Below, piece by piece: positions 40,879-55,557 of a stretch of 64,000 nucleotides of DNA. Position 1 is the stretch's first letter. Every line of letters starts with the position of its first letter. The notes beneath the pieces were generated by a model. That model had not been told where the DNA came from. It made no database searches and worked only from the letters and a program-made list of their open reading frames with translations. The stretch is from the human T2T-CHM13v2.0 reference genome, Homo sapiens. The stretch lies in the NCBI RefSeq assembly GCF_009914755.1, contig NC_060929.1. One strand, 5' to 3'. Both the position numbers and the translations under genes were made by a program.

Positions 40879-41060
40879 GAGAGTCTACACATTTCTTTAT
40901 ATAAGATATACTTGTTTTCTGTTTATAGTTAGCATTTACAAAGTTTACAGTAAAATTTTTACTTACATTTATATAACATTGAATTTATTCTCAAAATTTT
41001 ATGCAACCAATTACATACATTTTAGATCTAAAGTGGACTTTGTTTTTTTCCATGGAATAA

Positions 41061-41342
41061 GTATTTTGTAGGACTTCTCTTCAATATTGGTGTGTAGAAA
41101 AAAAAATGTGAACTTCAAGTTTCAATCAATTAAACTTTTGCTTAAACTGAAAAGCCATGCCAACACACAAAAAGGTCATCTGGGGTGTGCCATTACATTA
41201 GGATTACATACGGGTACTACACACTCAGTTGTGTAGGAAATAAGAATGGATTATACTTAAACCTCTAAAGGATGGCCTGAATTAAAGAGATAGAAAATGG
41301 GAGTTAATATTGCTAGTGTTACCATGTAAAATTTAATAATTA
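41061..41342 (+). repeat. Copy 1 of a local ~300-bp direct duplication
   Basis: Aligns along its length to 41864-42170. Confidence 0.95.
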
Positions 41343-41406
41343 TTTGCTTAATTATTGTCTTATTAATTTAATAGTTTCTAAAGAGAAATTTCATTAACAA
41401 ATTAAC

Positions 41407-41558
41407 AGGAACAGCTACAAAATTTGCAGTGTTCAGTGCAAAATTAAAATATAGGACATCTTACTCAAAAATTATTTAAAACTTGACACGAATGACACCA
41501 AAGAATTAGCCAAGTGATGGGCCCCTGCAAATGAGCAGATCACATAAATCTATCCCTG
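41407..41558 (-). mobile_element. MER45A (hAT-Tip100)
   Basis: caggaacagctacaaaatttgcagtgttcagtgcaaaattaaaatataggac resembles the reverse complement of the MER45A end. Confidence 0.7.
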
Positions 41559-41863
41559 AACATCAGTTAGTTATAAAAAAAATAAGAAATTAAGGCTGGG
41601 ACCCATATCCATAATTTTACCCATACCTGCATTTATATCTGTATTTATATACCTATAAGAGTATTTAGATCTATTTATTCACAATCTCAGAATCAGATTG
41701 TAGAGACATTTAAAGATTAACTAATACAAACTTGTCCTCTTACAAAAGAGAAAACTGAGCCGCAGTGCTTTGATTGTATCAGTAGCTAATATTAGAAATA
41801 AAAGCAGCACATTATCTTAAATATTTTATGTTTTTCTTATTACTAACAGTTTAGTGCTCCTAT

Positions 41864-42170
41864 GTATTTTGTAGTACTTCTCTTCAATATTGGTGTGTAG
41901 AAAGAAAATGTGAACCCCGAGTTTAATCAATTAAACTTTGATTAAACTGAAAAACCATAGTCAATCCCAATACATAAAAGGGTCATCTGGGGTGTGCCAT
42001 TGCATTAGGATTACATACTGGTACTATATGTTGCTGTTACATGCTATTTCACTCAGTCGTGTAGGACAGAAGCATGGATTATACTTAAACTTCTAAAGAA
42101 TGACCTCAATTAAAGAGATAGAAAATGGGAGTTAATATTGTTAGTGTTGCCATGTAAAATTTAATAATTA
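41864..42170 (+). repeat. Copy 2 of the local direct duplication
   Basis: Shares cttctcttcaatattggtgtgtagaaa, ggtcatctggggtgtgccatt and aattaaagagatagaaaatgggagttaatattg with copy 1. Confidence 0.95.
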
Positions 42171-42769
42171 ATATAATGTCTCATATATTCTGTGGTGATT
42201 AATTGGTGTGGATTATTTAAGCCACGAGAATAAGTACTATAAAAGCAATAATTTATAATAGGGTCTTTAATGATCAGTTCTGTTCTTACACAGCTTCTTC
42301 CAACTCCTACTCCTTGGAAGCAACCAAGTGGTATGAGTTGGCCCCTACTCACCCCCTCCCTGGTGTCAGTGGACCATATCAGGGAAGTGAGGTTATTTTT
42401 TCACTTGGAGGAAACAAAGATATGTAACTCAGTACCCTACTTTTGCCATGAGGTTGCCAGTGGGTGGAGGGAGAAGACAAACTTCCACCTAACCAGTCTA
42501 CAAGAAGGAAGTATAAGTTAGTACTCTACTTTTGATAGGATGGTATTAGTAGGTCCCATCAGGAAGATAAACATGCACACCCACCCAGCTCTCAGGTTAC
42601 ACATCAATAGGGAACCATCTACGAAATAATAAGAGAGAAAAGATTCTCATAATATAAAAAAATATTCAGGACACAATAAAAATCACTTATAAAACAAAAG
42701 AACTAGGAAATCATAACCTGAATAAGAGAAAGACAACAGACACCAACACAGACATGAAAAAGGTGTTGG

Positions 42770-43089
<320 letters not shown>

Positions 43090-44473
43090 TTGGAATTATC
43101 TAACAAGGATTTTAAAGAAACCATCATAAAAGTGTTTAAATAAGCAATTATATATTGTATTCTCTTGGAACAAATAAAAGTTAAAATTAAAAGTAAATTC
43201 AATAATGACATAAGTTATAAAAAGTAAATATGAACTAAATAAAATTAAAATACAATAATGGAAATAATAGATTCAGAGGATGGTCACAAAAGAAGAGAGC
43301 ACAGAGCAGAAGATGGAATCAGTGAATCTGAAAACATGCCAACAGAATTTACTGTCTGAACAAGAAGAAGAAAACTGATAAAAAAAAAATTTAACAGCAT
43401 TTCAGGAAACTTTAGAACAATAATAAAAGAGCTAACATTCATAATCACAGGGGATATAGAAGACGAGGAGATAGAATGTGGGACTAAAAAACTATTAAAA
43501 AATAATGACTTCAACCTTCCCAAATTGGATGGAAGACATAAACCTAAATATTCAAGAAACAGAGCAAATCTTAAATAGAATACACCCAAATACATTCAAT
43601 TTCTGGAAATGAAAAAAAAAAATTAAAAATCTTGAAAGCAAACAGAGAAAAATGGCACATTTCTTACAGAAAAACAATAATGTAAACCACAGCAGATTTT
43701 CCATCTGAAACCATGAAGGTTGGAAGGAAACAGATAATATTTTTGAAGTACTGAAGGAACAGAACTGTGAACTGTAAATTCAATACCCAGCAATAATATT
43801 CTTCAGGCATTAAAGTGACATAGAAAACATTGTCTAATGAAAGAATGCTAAGGTAATGTGTTGCTAACAAACTTACCTTTAAAGAATAAGTTCTCTAAAC
43901 AGAAAAGAAATGATAAAAGAAGAAGGTTTTCAGCTTTTACAAACATCCATCTAAATGGGTAAAATTAAGCATAAATATAATGTATAATCAAACTTCTGTT
44001 AAGTTTTTAAGCCATTTCTAATAGTTGAAGCAAAAATTAGTGACCTACCTGGTTGGATGCTCAAGGAACATAGAGGAAATATTTAAGATAATTATATCTA
44101 AAAAGTAGTGATAGTAAAGAGACTCATATGGAAACAAGTTTTCTACACTTCACTCAAAGAGGTAAAACATCAGTAACAGTAGATCTTGACATTACACATA
44201 TATTATTTTAACCAGTGCAATTAATAAAACCAAACAAAATCATGTACAATCATGCACTGCATAATGATGTTTTGCTCAGCAATAGACTGCATATATCATG
44301 GTGGTCCCATAAGATTATAATGGAGATGAATATTACCTAGTGACATTGCAGCTGAGCTGTCTTAACATTATAGTCTAACATATTTCTCACCTGTTTGTGG
44401 CAATGATGGTGTAAACAAACCTACTGCATTGCCAGTTATAAAAAAGTGTAGCACATAAAATTATGTCTAGTAC

Positions 44474-46724
44474 TGATATTGTTTGGCTGTGGCCCCACCC
44501 AAATCTCATCTTGAATTGTAATCCTCATGATCCTCCCGTGTCAAGGGCAAGACCTGGTGGGAAGTGATTGGATCCTGGAGGCAGTTTCCCTCATGCTGTT
44601 CTCATGATAGTGAGTAAGTTTTCATGAGATCTGATGGTTTTAAAAGTGTTTGAAAGTTTCTCCTAGACACACTCATTCTCTCCTGTTGCCTTGTGAAGAA
44701 GCCAACTGCTTTTATTCCACCATGATTGTAAGTTTTCTGAGGCCTCTCCAGCCATGCAGAACTATGAGTCAATTAACCCTCTTTCTTTTATAAATTACCC
44801 TGTCTTGGGTAGTATCTTTATAGCAGTGTGAGAACAGACTAATAGAGTAAATTGGTACTGGGAGTGGGGCACTGCTATAAAGATACTGAAAATGAGGAAG
44901 TGACTTTAGAACTGGGTATCGGGCAGAGGTTGGAAGTGTTTGGAGGGCTCAGAAGAAGACAGGAAGTTGTGAGAAAGTTTGAAACTTCCTAGGGACTTGT
45001 GGAATGGTTTTGACCAAAATGCTGATTGTGATATAGACAGTGAAGTCCAAGCTGAGGTGGTCTTGGATGGAGAAGAAGAACTCATTAGGAGCTAGAGCCC
45101 AAAGATCACTCTTACTCTGCCTTAGCAAAGAGACTAGAAGCATTTTGCCCCTGTCCTAGAGATCTGTGGAACTTTTAATTTGAGAAACATTATCTCAAAT
45201 TGGAACTTATGTTTAAAATGGAAGCAGGGCATAAAAGTTTGGAAAATTTGCAGCCTGACCATGCAGTAGAAAAGAAAAACCCATTTTTCAGGGGAGGAAT
45301 TCAAGCTGGCTACAGAAATTTGCCTAAATAACAAGAAGCCGAATGTTGTTACAGTAGCCAAGACAATGGCAAAATTTTTCTTGGGCGTATCACAGACTTC
45401 CATGGCAGCCCTTCTCATCACAGACCCAGCGGCCTCTGAGGAAAAAAGGTTTCATGGGCTGGGCCTATGGCCCCGTTGCTCTGGGCAACCTCAGGACTTG
45501 GTGCCCTGTGTCCCAGCTGCTGCTACTCCAGCTCCAGCCGTGGCTAAAAGGAGACAATGTACAGCTCACCTGTTGATTCAGAGGGTGCAAGCCCCAAGCC
45601 TTGGAGGATTCCATATGATGTTGGGCCTGAGGGTACACAGAAGTCAAGAATTCAGGTGTGGAAACCTCTGCCTAGATTTCACAGGTTGTATGGAAATGCC
45701 TGGATGTCCAGGCCGAGATTGGCTGCAGGGGTGGAGCCATCATGGAGAACCTCTGCTAGGGTAGTGCAGAAGGGAAATGTGGGGTTGGAGCTCCCACACA
45801 GAGTCCCCACTGGGGCACTGCCTAGTGAAGCTGTGAGAAGAGGGCCACTGTTCTCCAGACCCCTGAATGGAAGATCCACCAACAGCTTGTACTGTGCACC
45901 TGGAAAAGCCACAGACACTCAATGCCAGCCTGTGAAGGAACTGCCCAAGGCCATGGGAGCCCACCCCTTGCATTAACATGCCCTGGATGTGAAACATGGA
46001 GACAAGGAGATTATTTTAAAGCTTTATGTTTTAATGACTGCCCTGCTGGGTTTCAGACTTTCATGGGGTCTGTATCCCCTTTGTTTTGACTAATTTCTCC
46101 AATTTGGAATGGGAGCATTTATCCAATTCCTGTACCCTCATGGTATCTAGGAAGTAACTAACTTGCTTTTGATTTTACAGGCTTATAGGCCAAAACGTCT
46201 TGCCTTGTCTCAGATGAGACTTTGAACTGTGGGCTGTTGAGTTACTGCTGAAATGATTTAAGACTCTGGGGGACTGTTAGGAAGGCATGATGTTGGGTTG
46301 GAAATGTAAAAAATATGTGAGATCTGGGAGGGTCCAGGGGTGGAATGATATGGTTTGGCTCTATATCCCCACCCAAATCTCATCTTGAATTGTAATCTTC
46401 ATAATACCCATGTGTTGAGGGCAGGACCTGGTGGAAGGTGATTGGATCATGTGGGCGGTTTCTGCCATGCTGTTCTTATGATAGTGAGTGAGTTCTCAGG
46501 AGATCTGATGGTTTTGTTAAGTGTTTCACAGCTCCTCCTACACACAATCCTTCTCTCTCCTGTTGTCTTGTGAAGAAGATGACTGCTTCCCATTTCACCA
46601 TGATTGTAAGTTCCATGAGGCCTCCTCAGCCATGCAGAACTGTGACTCAATTAAACATCTTTCCTTTATGAATTACCCAATCTCAGGTAGTGTCTTTATA
46701 GTAGTGTGAGAATGGACTAATACA
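44474..46724 (+). mobile_element. Full-length THE1D MaLR provirus (LTR 44474-44846, internal 44847-46345, LTR 46346-46724)
   Basis: Two direct LTRs; internal region starts gtaaattggtac; purine-rich tract at 46326-46345; perfect TSD agtac at 44469-44473 and 46725-46729. Confidence 0.96.
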
Positions 46725-46838
46725 AGTACATTTTACTTAGTAATAATAATAAACAAATATATTACATTTTCGTGTATTTACTATACCATATTTTTTATTG
46801 TTATTGTAGTGTACACCTTCTACTTATTAAAAGAAATA

Positions 46839-47156
<318 letters not shown>

Positions 47157-48382
47157 TTATGATAGGAGATGTCAACAGATCCATATGCATTATTGGCCTA
47201 GAGGAGCTTCCAGTGGGACAAGATCTGGAGGTAGAAAACAGTGATGTTGATCATACTGACCCTGTGTAGGACTACGCTAGTATGTGCATTTGTGTCTTTG
47301 TTTTTAACAACAACAACAAAAAAATTAAAAGTTAAAAGATGTAAAATTACAAAAAAACTTAGAGAATAAGGATATAAGGAAATAAAGTATTTCTGTGTAC
47401 AATATGCGTTTTAAGCTAAGTGTTATTACAAAAGAGTCAAAAAGTTAAAAATAAGTTAAAAAGTTTATAAAGTAAAAAAGTTACTGTAGGATAAGTTTAA
47501 TGTATTTTGAAAGAAAGAAGTTTTTTTTACAAATTTTATAAATTCAGTGTTTATAAAGTCTACAGTTTTGTACAATGATGCCCTAGGCATTTACGCTCAC
47601 TCACCACTTACTCACTAACTCTCCCAGAGCAACTCCTAGTCCTGCAAACTTAATTTATAGTAAGTGCCCTAATCAGGTATACCATTTTTGATTTTTGACT
47701 GGATTTTTTACTGTACCTTTTTTTTATGTTTAGATACACAAATATTTACCATTGTGTTGCAAATGCCTACAGTATTCAGCACAGTAACATGCTGTATAGG
47801 TTTGTAGCCTAGGATCAACAGGCTGTACCACATAACCTAGGGTGTGTAGTAGGTTATGCTATCTCTATTTACACATAGAATACACTATATGATGTTACAC
47901 AGTGAAGAAATTGCCTAATGCATTTCTCAGAATGTAATTTTTGTCATTAAGTGATGCAACATTGTATTTAAAAACACTATAAATAAATTAAGATGGAAAC
48001 TTAACATGTTTACGTAACCCATTGGAAAGCAAGAAAAAGACACAGAGGAATAAGAAACAGAAACAAACAGAAACAAATAACAAAGTGGTAGACTTCAACC
48101 ACAACATATAAATTGTTAAACATAAAAGGCCTATAGAAACCAACTAAAAAACATAGATTGGCAGAGTAGTTAAAAAAACAAAAATCAAAAACGAAAAAAC
48201 ATGGCCAACAATATTGTCCAAATTGCATTTGTACCCCATAAATAAATAATTTTTAAAATTCTGTCTATATAAAACTAACTTCAAATACAGCATAGGTAAG
48301 ATAAAAGTAAAAAGAGAGAAACAGTAAAATAATTTAAAAATGCAAGTGAGGTTATAGTAATATATCAGCTACATAAATTTTA

Positions 48383-48428
<46 letters not shown>

Positions 48429-48713
48429 TTGAGACAGAGTCTCACTCTGTCACCCAGGCTGGAGTGCAGTGGAGCAATCTCAACCTCACTGCAAGCTCCA
48501 CCTCCCAGGTTCATGCCATTCTCCTGCCTCAGCCTCCCGAGTAGCTGGTACTACAGGTGCCCACCACCACGCCCAGCTAATTTTTTTGTGTTTTTAGTAG
48601 AGACGGGGTTTCACCGTGTTAGCTAGGATGGTCTCGATCTCCTGACCTTGTGATCTGCCAGTCTCAGCCTCCCAAAGTGCTGGGATTACAGGCATGAGCC
48701 AGGGTGCCTGGCC
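48383..48713 (-). mobile_element. AluY with (TTA)n tail
   Basis: Y diagnostics; perfect 17-bp TSD cagctacataaatttta at 48366-48382 and 48714-48730. Confidence 0.97.
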
Positions 48714-48878
48714 CAGCTACATAAATTTTAAAAAGTAAAAAAAGTCAAATTGCATTTTTAAATATTTTACATTCCATTGCCATTCAAAGAAATAACATTG
48801 TTTTCAATACGATTAAGCAAGTATCATTAGACCTAGAAATAGCCACAATCATTTCTTAAAAAGATTATTAATATTTAT

Positions 48879-49174
48879 TTATTTATTTATTTTTAGGCGG
48901 AGTCTCACTCTGTTCGCCAAGCTGGAGTGCAGTGGTGCGGTCTCAGCTCACTGCAATTTCTGCCTCACCCTCCCAAGTAACTGGGATTACAGGCACGTGC
49001 CACCACATACGGCTAATTTTTGTATTTTTAGTAGAGACTAATTTTTGTACTTTTAGTAGAGACAGGGTTTCACCATATTGGCCAGGCCGGTCACAAACTC
49101 CTGACCTCAGGTGATTGGCCCGCATCAGCCTCCCAAAGTGCTGGGATTACAGGCGTAAGTCATCGTGCCCAGCT
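48879..49174 (-). mobile_element. AluSx-like with an internal deletion and a linker duplication
   Basis: ctcctgacctcaggtgat diagnostic; TSD aagattattaatatttat / aagatttctaatatttat. Confidence 0.93.
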
Positions 49175-49629
49175 AAGATTTCTAATATTTATAAGCTCTA
49201 CCTTCTTTCTTGGAGAAATGACTTTATAATTTCACTTTCTAATTCAGTTACCTGTTGAAACTAAATTAAAATATATTCATATGCAAAATGCAAGTAAATA
49301 AAAACAGCAGCTTTCTCTATGCTAAAAGAAAGTTCCTTTGGAGCTCATTTCCTTGACAATGGAAGAAAGTACTTCACTGCACTATCTTCATTATGCAAAT
49401 AAAGGTGCATTTTAGCTCTTTTGAAGAAGAAGAGGAAGAACATGTCTCTCAAATAGCAGGAAAGAACAAATTTCCTTAAGCAAGAGTGAGGGAAAGTTCA
49501 TCAACACCAACCCTAGGTACATCTTCATTCAGACTTGAAAAGCTTTTGAATAGCGTCTGTTTATTCCTGTTAGAACTGAACTGGCAGGAAAAGACAATGG
49601 AGAAGCCACAAAGAGGAGTAGCTAGGTAG

Positions 49630-49790
49630 CAGCATTCAGGTCCACAATGCCTGGATTTCATTATTATTATTCTACTGTATCTTCAGGCAGTTTATGTAAA
49701 TCATCTGTTATTGAGTTCTCTCATCTGGAAGATGAGGGTACTAATAGTTCCAGAGTTCTTACATTAGTGCTGTTGCCGTTAGTTATCATC
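49630..49790 (+). mobile_element. MIR fragment
   Basis: ggcagtttatgtaaatcatctg...gttctctcatctggaagatgagggtactaatagt. Confidence 0.55.
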
Positions 49791-50360
49791 ATTTAAGTGT
49801 CTGTTCTTATTGTTCAAAGAGTGACTCGCAGTTGAGAGTCCCTGGGACCTGAAGTAGGGAGGTGGAGAATTTTGCATTGGAGTATACTGTTATCTTAACC
49901 TTGGAGGCCTGAGTGTTCTTAGGTAAAAGACTGCTTTGGAGGCTGCAAATGGAACTAGAATCCCACCAGATCACAGCCATCTGACTTGGTTGCATTTTTA
50001 TGGAAACCAGGATGTTGAGGATGTGAGACTGATATAAAAGCACTAGGATATTCACAGGGTAAAAGTCAGGAGGATCATAACAGCACAGTACTAGAGAACC
50101 AGTACATAGTGGTGTGATGAATGAAAGCCACTGACATAACTTTCGCATCTTGTCTTCCTGTATTCTTTCCTTCTGTGACAGTTCTTGAGATCATGACCTC
50201 TTTTGGAATGGTGTTCTCAGAAGTCCTTGGACAATCAGGGTGTACTGGGAGAAAACATGCTGTGAGATGGGATGAAAGTCTTCAGGATAGACACTATACT
50301 TTCTGTTATTGGAGGATTCGGTAGTTTGAATAAGCATTTGAATGAATAAAATATTTGAGT

Positions 50361-51122
50361 TGAGGACTAAATTCTGATTTTTTTTTTTCATCTTGCCCAA
50401 ATTCCTATTTAAAGAAACTGGGAGTCAGCCCTACGAATGATAACATCTCTTTACATGGGTTTTTTATTAACCCTATATAATGTGGCTTGCTTTCCAACCT
50501 GACTCTGGTACAGCATCACATAACAGACAGCAGACCCTGAAGGATATAAAAATATTTTGCCCTAAAATATATTTCTTTGATGTGTTTTGAAATGGCTGTT
50601 GCAAGGCCAGCAAACTGAGGTAGAGGAAATTTGCATCTATGGAGAATCTTCATTAATGCAGCCATGCTTCCCCTTTCTATGCCTTTCCAGGACCTAGGAG
50701 TGATTGAGAGTCTGATACCTTTAAAGGTCTGAAAAGAAACATTTACCATCTATTCTCTCTGAGGGCCACCTATGAGGCTTCATCTACTTAATAAGATCCT
50801 TGGTCTTTCCCCCACTCTTATCTGAACTCAGGCATTCCTTTCTATCGATTTCAAGACTTTAGACAATAGCATAACTCTCTCAACCAATTGTCAACTAAAG
50901 GATCCCTAAAACCCACTTATGACGTACAAGCTCCTCCCCTGACCTACCTGCAATTACCTGCAATTGGTTGTCTCCTTGGAATGTATAAAAACAAACTGTA
51001 ACCCGGTTGCCTTGGGCATGCTTTCCGAACCTCTTGAGATAGTGTAACCCAGGCCTTGGTCACTTATACTGGCTCTGAATAAACCTCTTTAAATATATTT
51101 TGACAGAATTTGTTTTTTGTGT
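50361..51122 (+). mobile_element. MER4-group ERV1 solo LTR (MER4D/E-like)
   Basis: tgaggactaaattctgattttt...atcttgcccaaattcctat start; tgtataaaaacaaactgtaaccc TATA region; ggctctgaataaacctcttt poly(A) signal. Confidence 0.85.
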
Positions 51123-53519
51123 ATTTTTCTGTGTATTTCTACCTCTGAGAAGAGGAGTAATTTATACTCTTTACAAATCATGGTCAGGTATGACTGGTGC
51201 TAGAATGAGGATGAAGGGAAGAGAAAAGGAAGAAATAATTCTCCACTCTTTGTTTCCAATTTTAGTTCTTTAAAGTAAAAGTACAAAACATTTTGTAGAG
51301 ATGTAGCTTGTGGTGGCATGGTTGAAAAACTTCTGCACTTTATGATTCCTCCACTACAGTGTGATAATGTTTTAAATAGCATTTAAAATGTAGATTCTGT
51401 CCAATCCTTACAATTAACTTTTTTATTGTTTGGAATCCATGAAGTTGGTATATGCATGAGCAGATACATATTTATTTAAGAAAAAAAATTAGGCCTTACA
51501 GAAAATTGGTTTCTCAGAGACATGATAAAAGTTACCAGATGTCTCTCAGACTATATCTATGAAAAAATACATAACCAAATAGACACCAATTGCAAATGAA
51601 TTAATTACATTGAAATTCTAATAACTTTCATTTCCTAAACTGACATTGATGGAAAAGAATTCTAAGATATAAAATAAGCTCTACTTCATCCTGCTTTCAA
51701 TAGCACATGATTTAATCAGAATATATAATACTGTTGAGCACATAAATATTATTTTCATTACTTAATGATGATAATTATGACTATTTTCATTGCTATAATT
51801 TTGGTCATGCCATATTGATTAGCAATAAAATATATACTTAGCTAGAGAGGCAGCTAATCCAAAACTTTTGGGATTTCTTTTTTTTTTTTAGATTATTGGT
51901 GCTCCTCCTCCTGTCATTGAGGTTAAAATTAAATGTTACATATTCCTTCTCTGTGTATGTGTATCTTATTTCCTCATATTCTACCTCTTCAGAGTAGTGT
52001 GTGTGAGTGCCTGCACACACACTTGCATGTGAGAGCTTCTAATATCTAAATTAATGTTGAATCATTATTCAGAAACAGAGAGCTAACTGTTATCCCATCC
52101 TGACTTTATTCTTTATGAAGAAAAATACAGTGATTCCAAGTTACCAAGTTAGTGCTGCTTGCTTTATAAATGAAGTAATATTTTAAAAGTTGTGCATAAG
52201 TTAAAATTCAGAAATAAAACTTCATCCTAAAACTCTGTGTGTTGCTTTAAATAATCAGAGCATCTGCCTACTTAATTTTTTGTGTGTGGGTGCACAATAG
52301 ATGTTTAATGAGATCCTGTCATCTGTCTGCTTTTTTATTGTAAAACAGGAGGGGTTTTAATACTGGAGGAACAACTGATGTACCTCTGAAAAAGAGAGAG
52401 ATTAGTTATTAATTGAATTGAGGGTTGTCTTGTCTTAGTAGCTTTTATTCTCTAGGTACTATTTGATTATGATTGTGAAAATAGAATTTATCCCTCATTA
52501 AATGTAAAATCAACAGGAGAATAGCAAAAACTTATGAGATAGATGAACGTTGTGTGAGTGGCATGGTTTAATTTGTTTGGAAGAAGCACTTGCCCCAGAA
52601 GATACACAATGAAATTCATGTTATTGAGTAGAGTAGTAATACAGTGTGTTCCCTTGTGAAGTTCATAACCAAGAATTTTAGTAGTGGATAGGTAGGCTGA
52701 ATAACTGACTTCCTATCATTTTCAGGTTCTGTGTTTGATTTTTTTTACATATTAATTTCTTTGATCCACATTAAGCTCAGTTATGTATTTCCATTTTATA
52801 AATGAAAAAAAATAGGCACTTGCAAATGTCAGATCACTTGCCTGTGGTCATTCGGGTAGAGATTTGTGGAGCTAAGTTGGTCTTAATCAAATGTCAAGCT
52901 TTTTTTTTTCTTATAAAATATAGGTTTTAATATGAGTTTTAAAATAAAATTAATTAGAAAAAGGCAAATTACTCAATATATATAAGGTATTGCATTTGTA
53001 ATAGGTAGGTATTTCATTTTCTAGTTATGGTGGGATATTATTCAGACTATAATTCCCAATGAAAAAACTTTAAAAAATGCTAGTGATTGCACACTTAAAA
53101 CACCTTTTAAAAAGCATTGAGAGCTTATAAAATTTTAATGAGTGATCAAACCAAATTTGAAGAGAAAAGAAGAACCCAGAGAGGTAAGGATATAACCTTA
53201 CCAGTTGCAATTTGCCGATCTCTACAAATATTAATATTTATTTTGACAGTTTCAGGGTGAATGAGAAAGAAACCAAAACCCAAGACTAGCATATGTTGTC
53301 TTCTTAAGGAGCCCTCCCCTAAAAGATTGAGATGACCAAATCTTATACTCTCAGCATAAGGTGAACCAGACAGACCTAAAGCAGTGGTAGCTTGGATCCA
53401 CTACTTGGGTTTGTGTGATGGCGTGACTCAGGTAATCTCAAGAATTGAACATTTTTTTAAGGTGGTCCTACTCATACACTGCCCAGGTATTAGGGAGAAG
53501 CAAATCTGAATGCTTTATA

Positions 53520-53990
53520 AAAATACCCTAAAGCTAAATCTTACAATATTCTCAAGAACACAGTGAAACAAGGCAAAATAAGTTAAAATCAACAAAAACA
53601 ACATGAAACATAATTAGACACACAAAGACTTCAAACATTGGAAAATACCAGAGAAAGATAATAAATATTTTACTCTTTAAAAATTTAGTTAAAAGCTTAA
53701 ACTAATTGTAGAGAAAAAACTATGTTAGTATTATATTGTAGATGAAATAAGCAAAACATTTAAAATACAAATGTGATTACTTAAATTAAATATAATAGAT
53801 AATTTACCACCAGATTAGATACCATTGAAGGAATAATTAATATACTGAAATACAGGTCAGTAGAATTTTTTTTCAATTCAGCATGGAGATGTAAAAAATG
53901 AAAATTAATGCAAAAAATAAGGGCACAAAAAGAAATGAGTAATTTTGATCAGAAATGTATTAAAATTAATAAACTGGAAATTTGACATTT
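53520..53990 (+). mobile_element. Old L1M ORF1 remnant
   Basis: aaagacttcaaacattggaaaatacca...cagattagataccattgaaggaataattaatatactgaaa. Confidence 0.55.
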
Positions 53991-55557
53991 AAAAAAAGCA
54001 TTGTCATCCAAGTAGATGTGTCTATTAAATAGTTGTTCTCATATCCAGTAATGTAATTATTATTCCCTCTCATGCAGTTCAGATTCTGGGGTAATCTTTA
54101 GACATCAGTTTTGTCTTTTATATTATTTATTCTGTTTACTACATTTTATTTTGCTAATGATATTTTTAATTTCTGACATTCTGGAGTATTGCTTGTAAAA
54201 GGTATTTTTAAAAATACTTTATGGTTATTTTTGTGATTCCTATTCCTCTATGGACACCAAGGCTATTGACATTTTCTTTGGTTTCTTCTGTTACTTCTAT
54301 TTTCTTAGTGTTTATATCATTTCATAGATAGGATATTCTTTATTTTTTATTTTTATTTAAATATTTGGTGATTCTTGGTTTTCTCAGCCATCTATTGTCA
54401 AGTGTTCTTATTAAGCATTATTATTAAATAAAGATTATTTCCTCTAATCACATGAGAATCTTTATTTCCCCCAAGTAATTGAAAATTGCAATGCCATGCT
54501 GCCATGTGGTACAGCATGGGTTTGGGCTTGCTTTCTTCTTTTTTTTTTAACTTTTATTTTAGGTTTGGGAGTACCTGTGAAAGTTTGTTATATAGGTAAA
54601 CTCGTGTCACCAGGGTTTGTTGTACAGATCATTTTGTCACCTAGGTACCAAGTACTCAACAATTATTTTTCCTGCTCCTCTGTCTCCTGTCACCCTCCAC
54701 TCTCAAGTAGACTCCGGTGTCTGCTGTTCCATTCTTTGTGTCCATGTGTTCTCATAATTTAGTTCCCCACTTGTAAGTGAGAACATGCAGTATTTTCTAG
54801 TATTTGGTTTTTTGTTCCTGTGTTAATTTGCCCAGTATAATAGCCTCCAGCTCCATCCATGTTACTGCAAAGAACATGATCTCATTCTTTTTTATAGCTC
54901 CATGGTGTCTATATACCACATTTTCTTTATCTAAACTCTTATTGATGAGCATTGAGGTGGATTCTATGTCTTTGCTATTGTGCATATTGCTGCAATGAAC
55001 ATTTGTGTGCATGTGTCTTTATGGTAGAATGATATATTTTCTTCTGGGTATATATGCAGTAATGCGATTGCTGGTTGGAATGGTAGTTCTGCTTTTATCT
55101 CTTTGAGGAATTGCCATGCTGCTTTCCACAATAGTTGAACTAACTTACACTCCCACTAACAGTGTGTAAGTGTTTCCTTTTCTCCACAACCTGCCAGCAT
55201 CTGTTATTTTTTGACATTTTAATAGTAGCCATTTTAACTGGTATGAAATTATATTTCATTGTGGTTTTAATTTGCATTTCTCTAATGATCAGTGATATTG
55301 AGTTTGTTTTTTTTCACATGCTTGTTGGCTGCATGTATGTCTTCTTTTAAAAAGTGTCTGTTCATGTACTTTGCCCACATTTTAATGGGGTTGTTTTTCT
55401 CTTGTAAATTTGTTTAAATTCCTTATAGGTGCTGGATTTTAGACATTTGTCAGACGCATAGTTTGCAAATAGTTTCTCCCATTCTGTAGGTTGTCTGTTT
55501 ATTTTGTTAATAGTTTCTTTTGCTATGCAGAAGCTCTTAATAAGTTTAATGAGATCC

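Noticed and set aside
45134-45997. Overlapping ORFs of up to 139 aa
   Set aside because: They lie within THE1D internal sequence and are fragments of a decayed MaLR region, not a host gene.
53183-54520. Short hairpins and palindromes (GGTAAGG/CCTTACC at 53183, GTATTTTTAAAAATAC at 54202, CCATGCTG/CAGCATGG near 54494)
   Set aside because: Stems of 7-8 bp are expected by chance in 64 kb of AT-rich DNA; no consensus is available to show they are derived, and none has a pre-miRNA-length stem.
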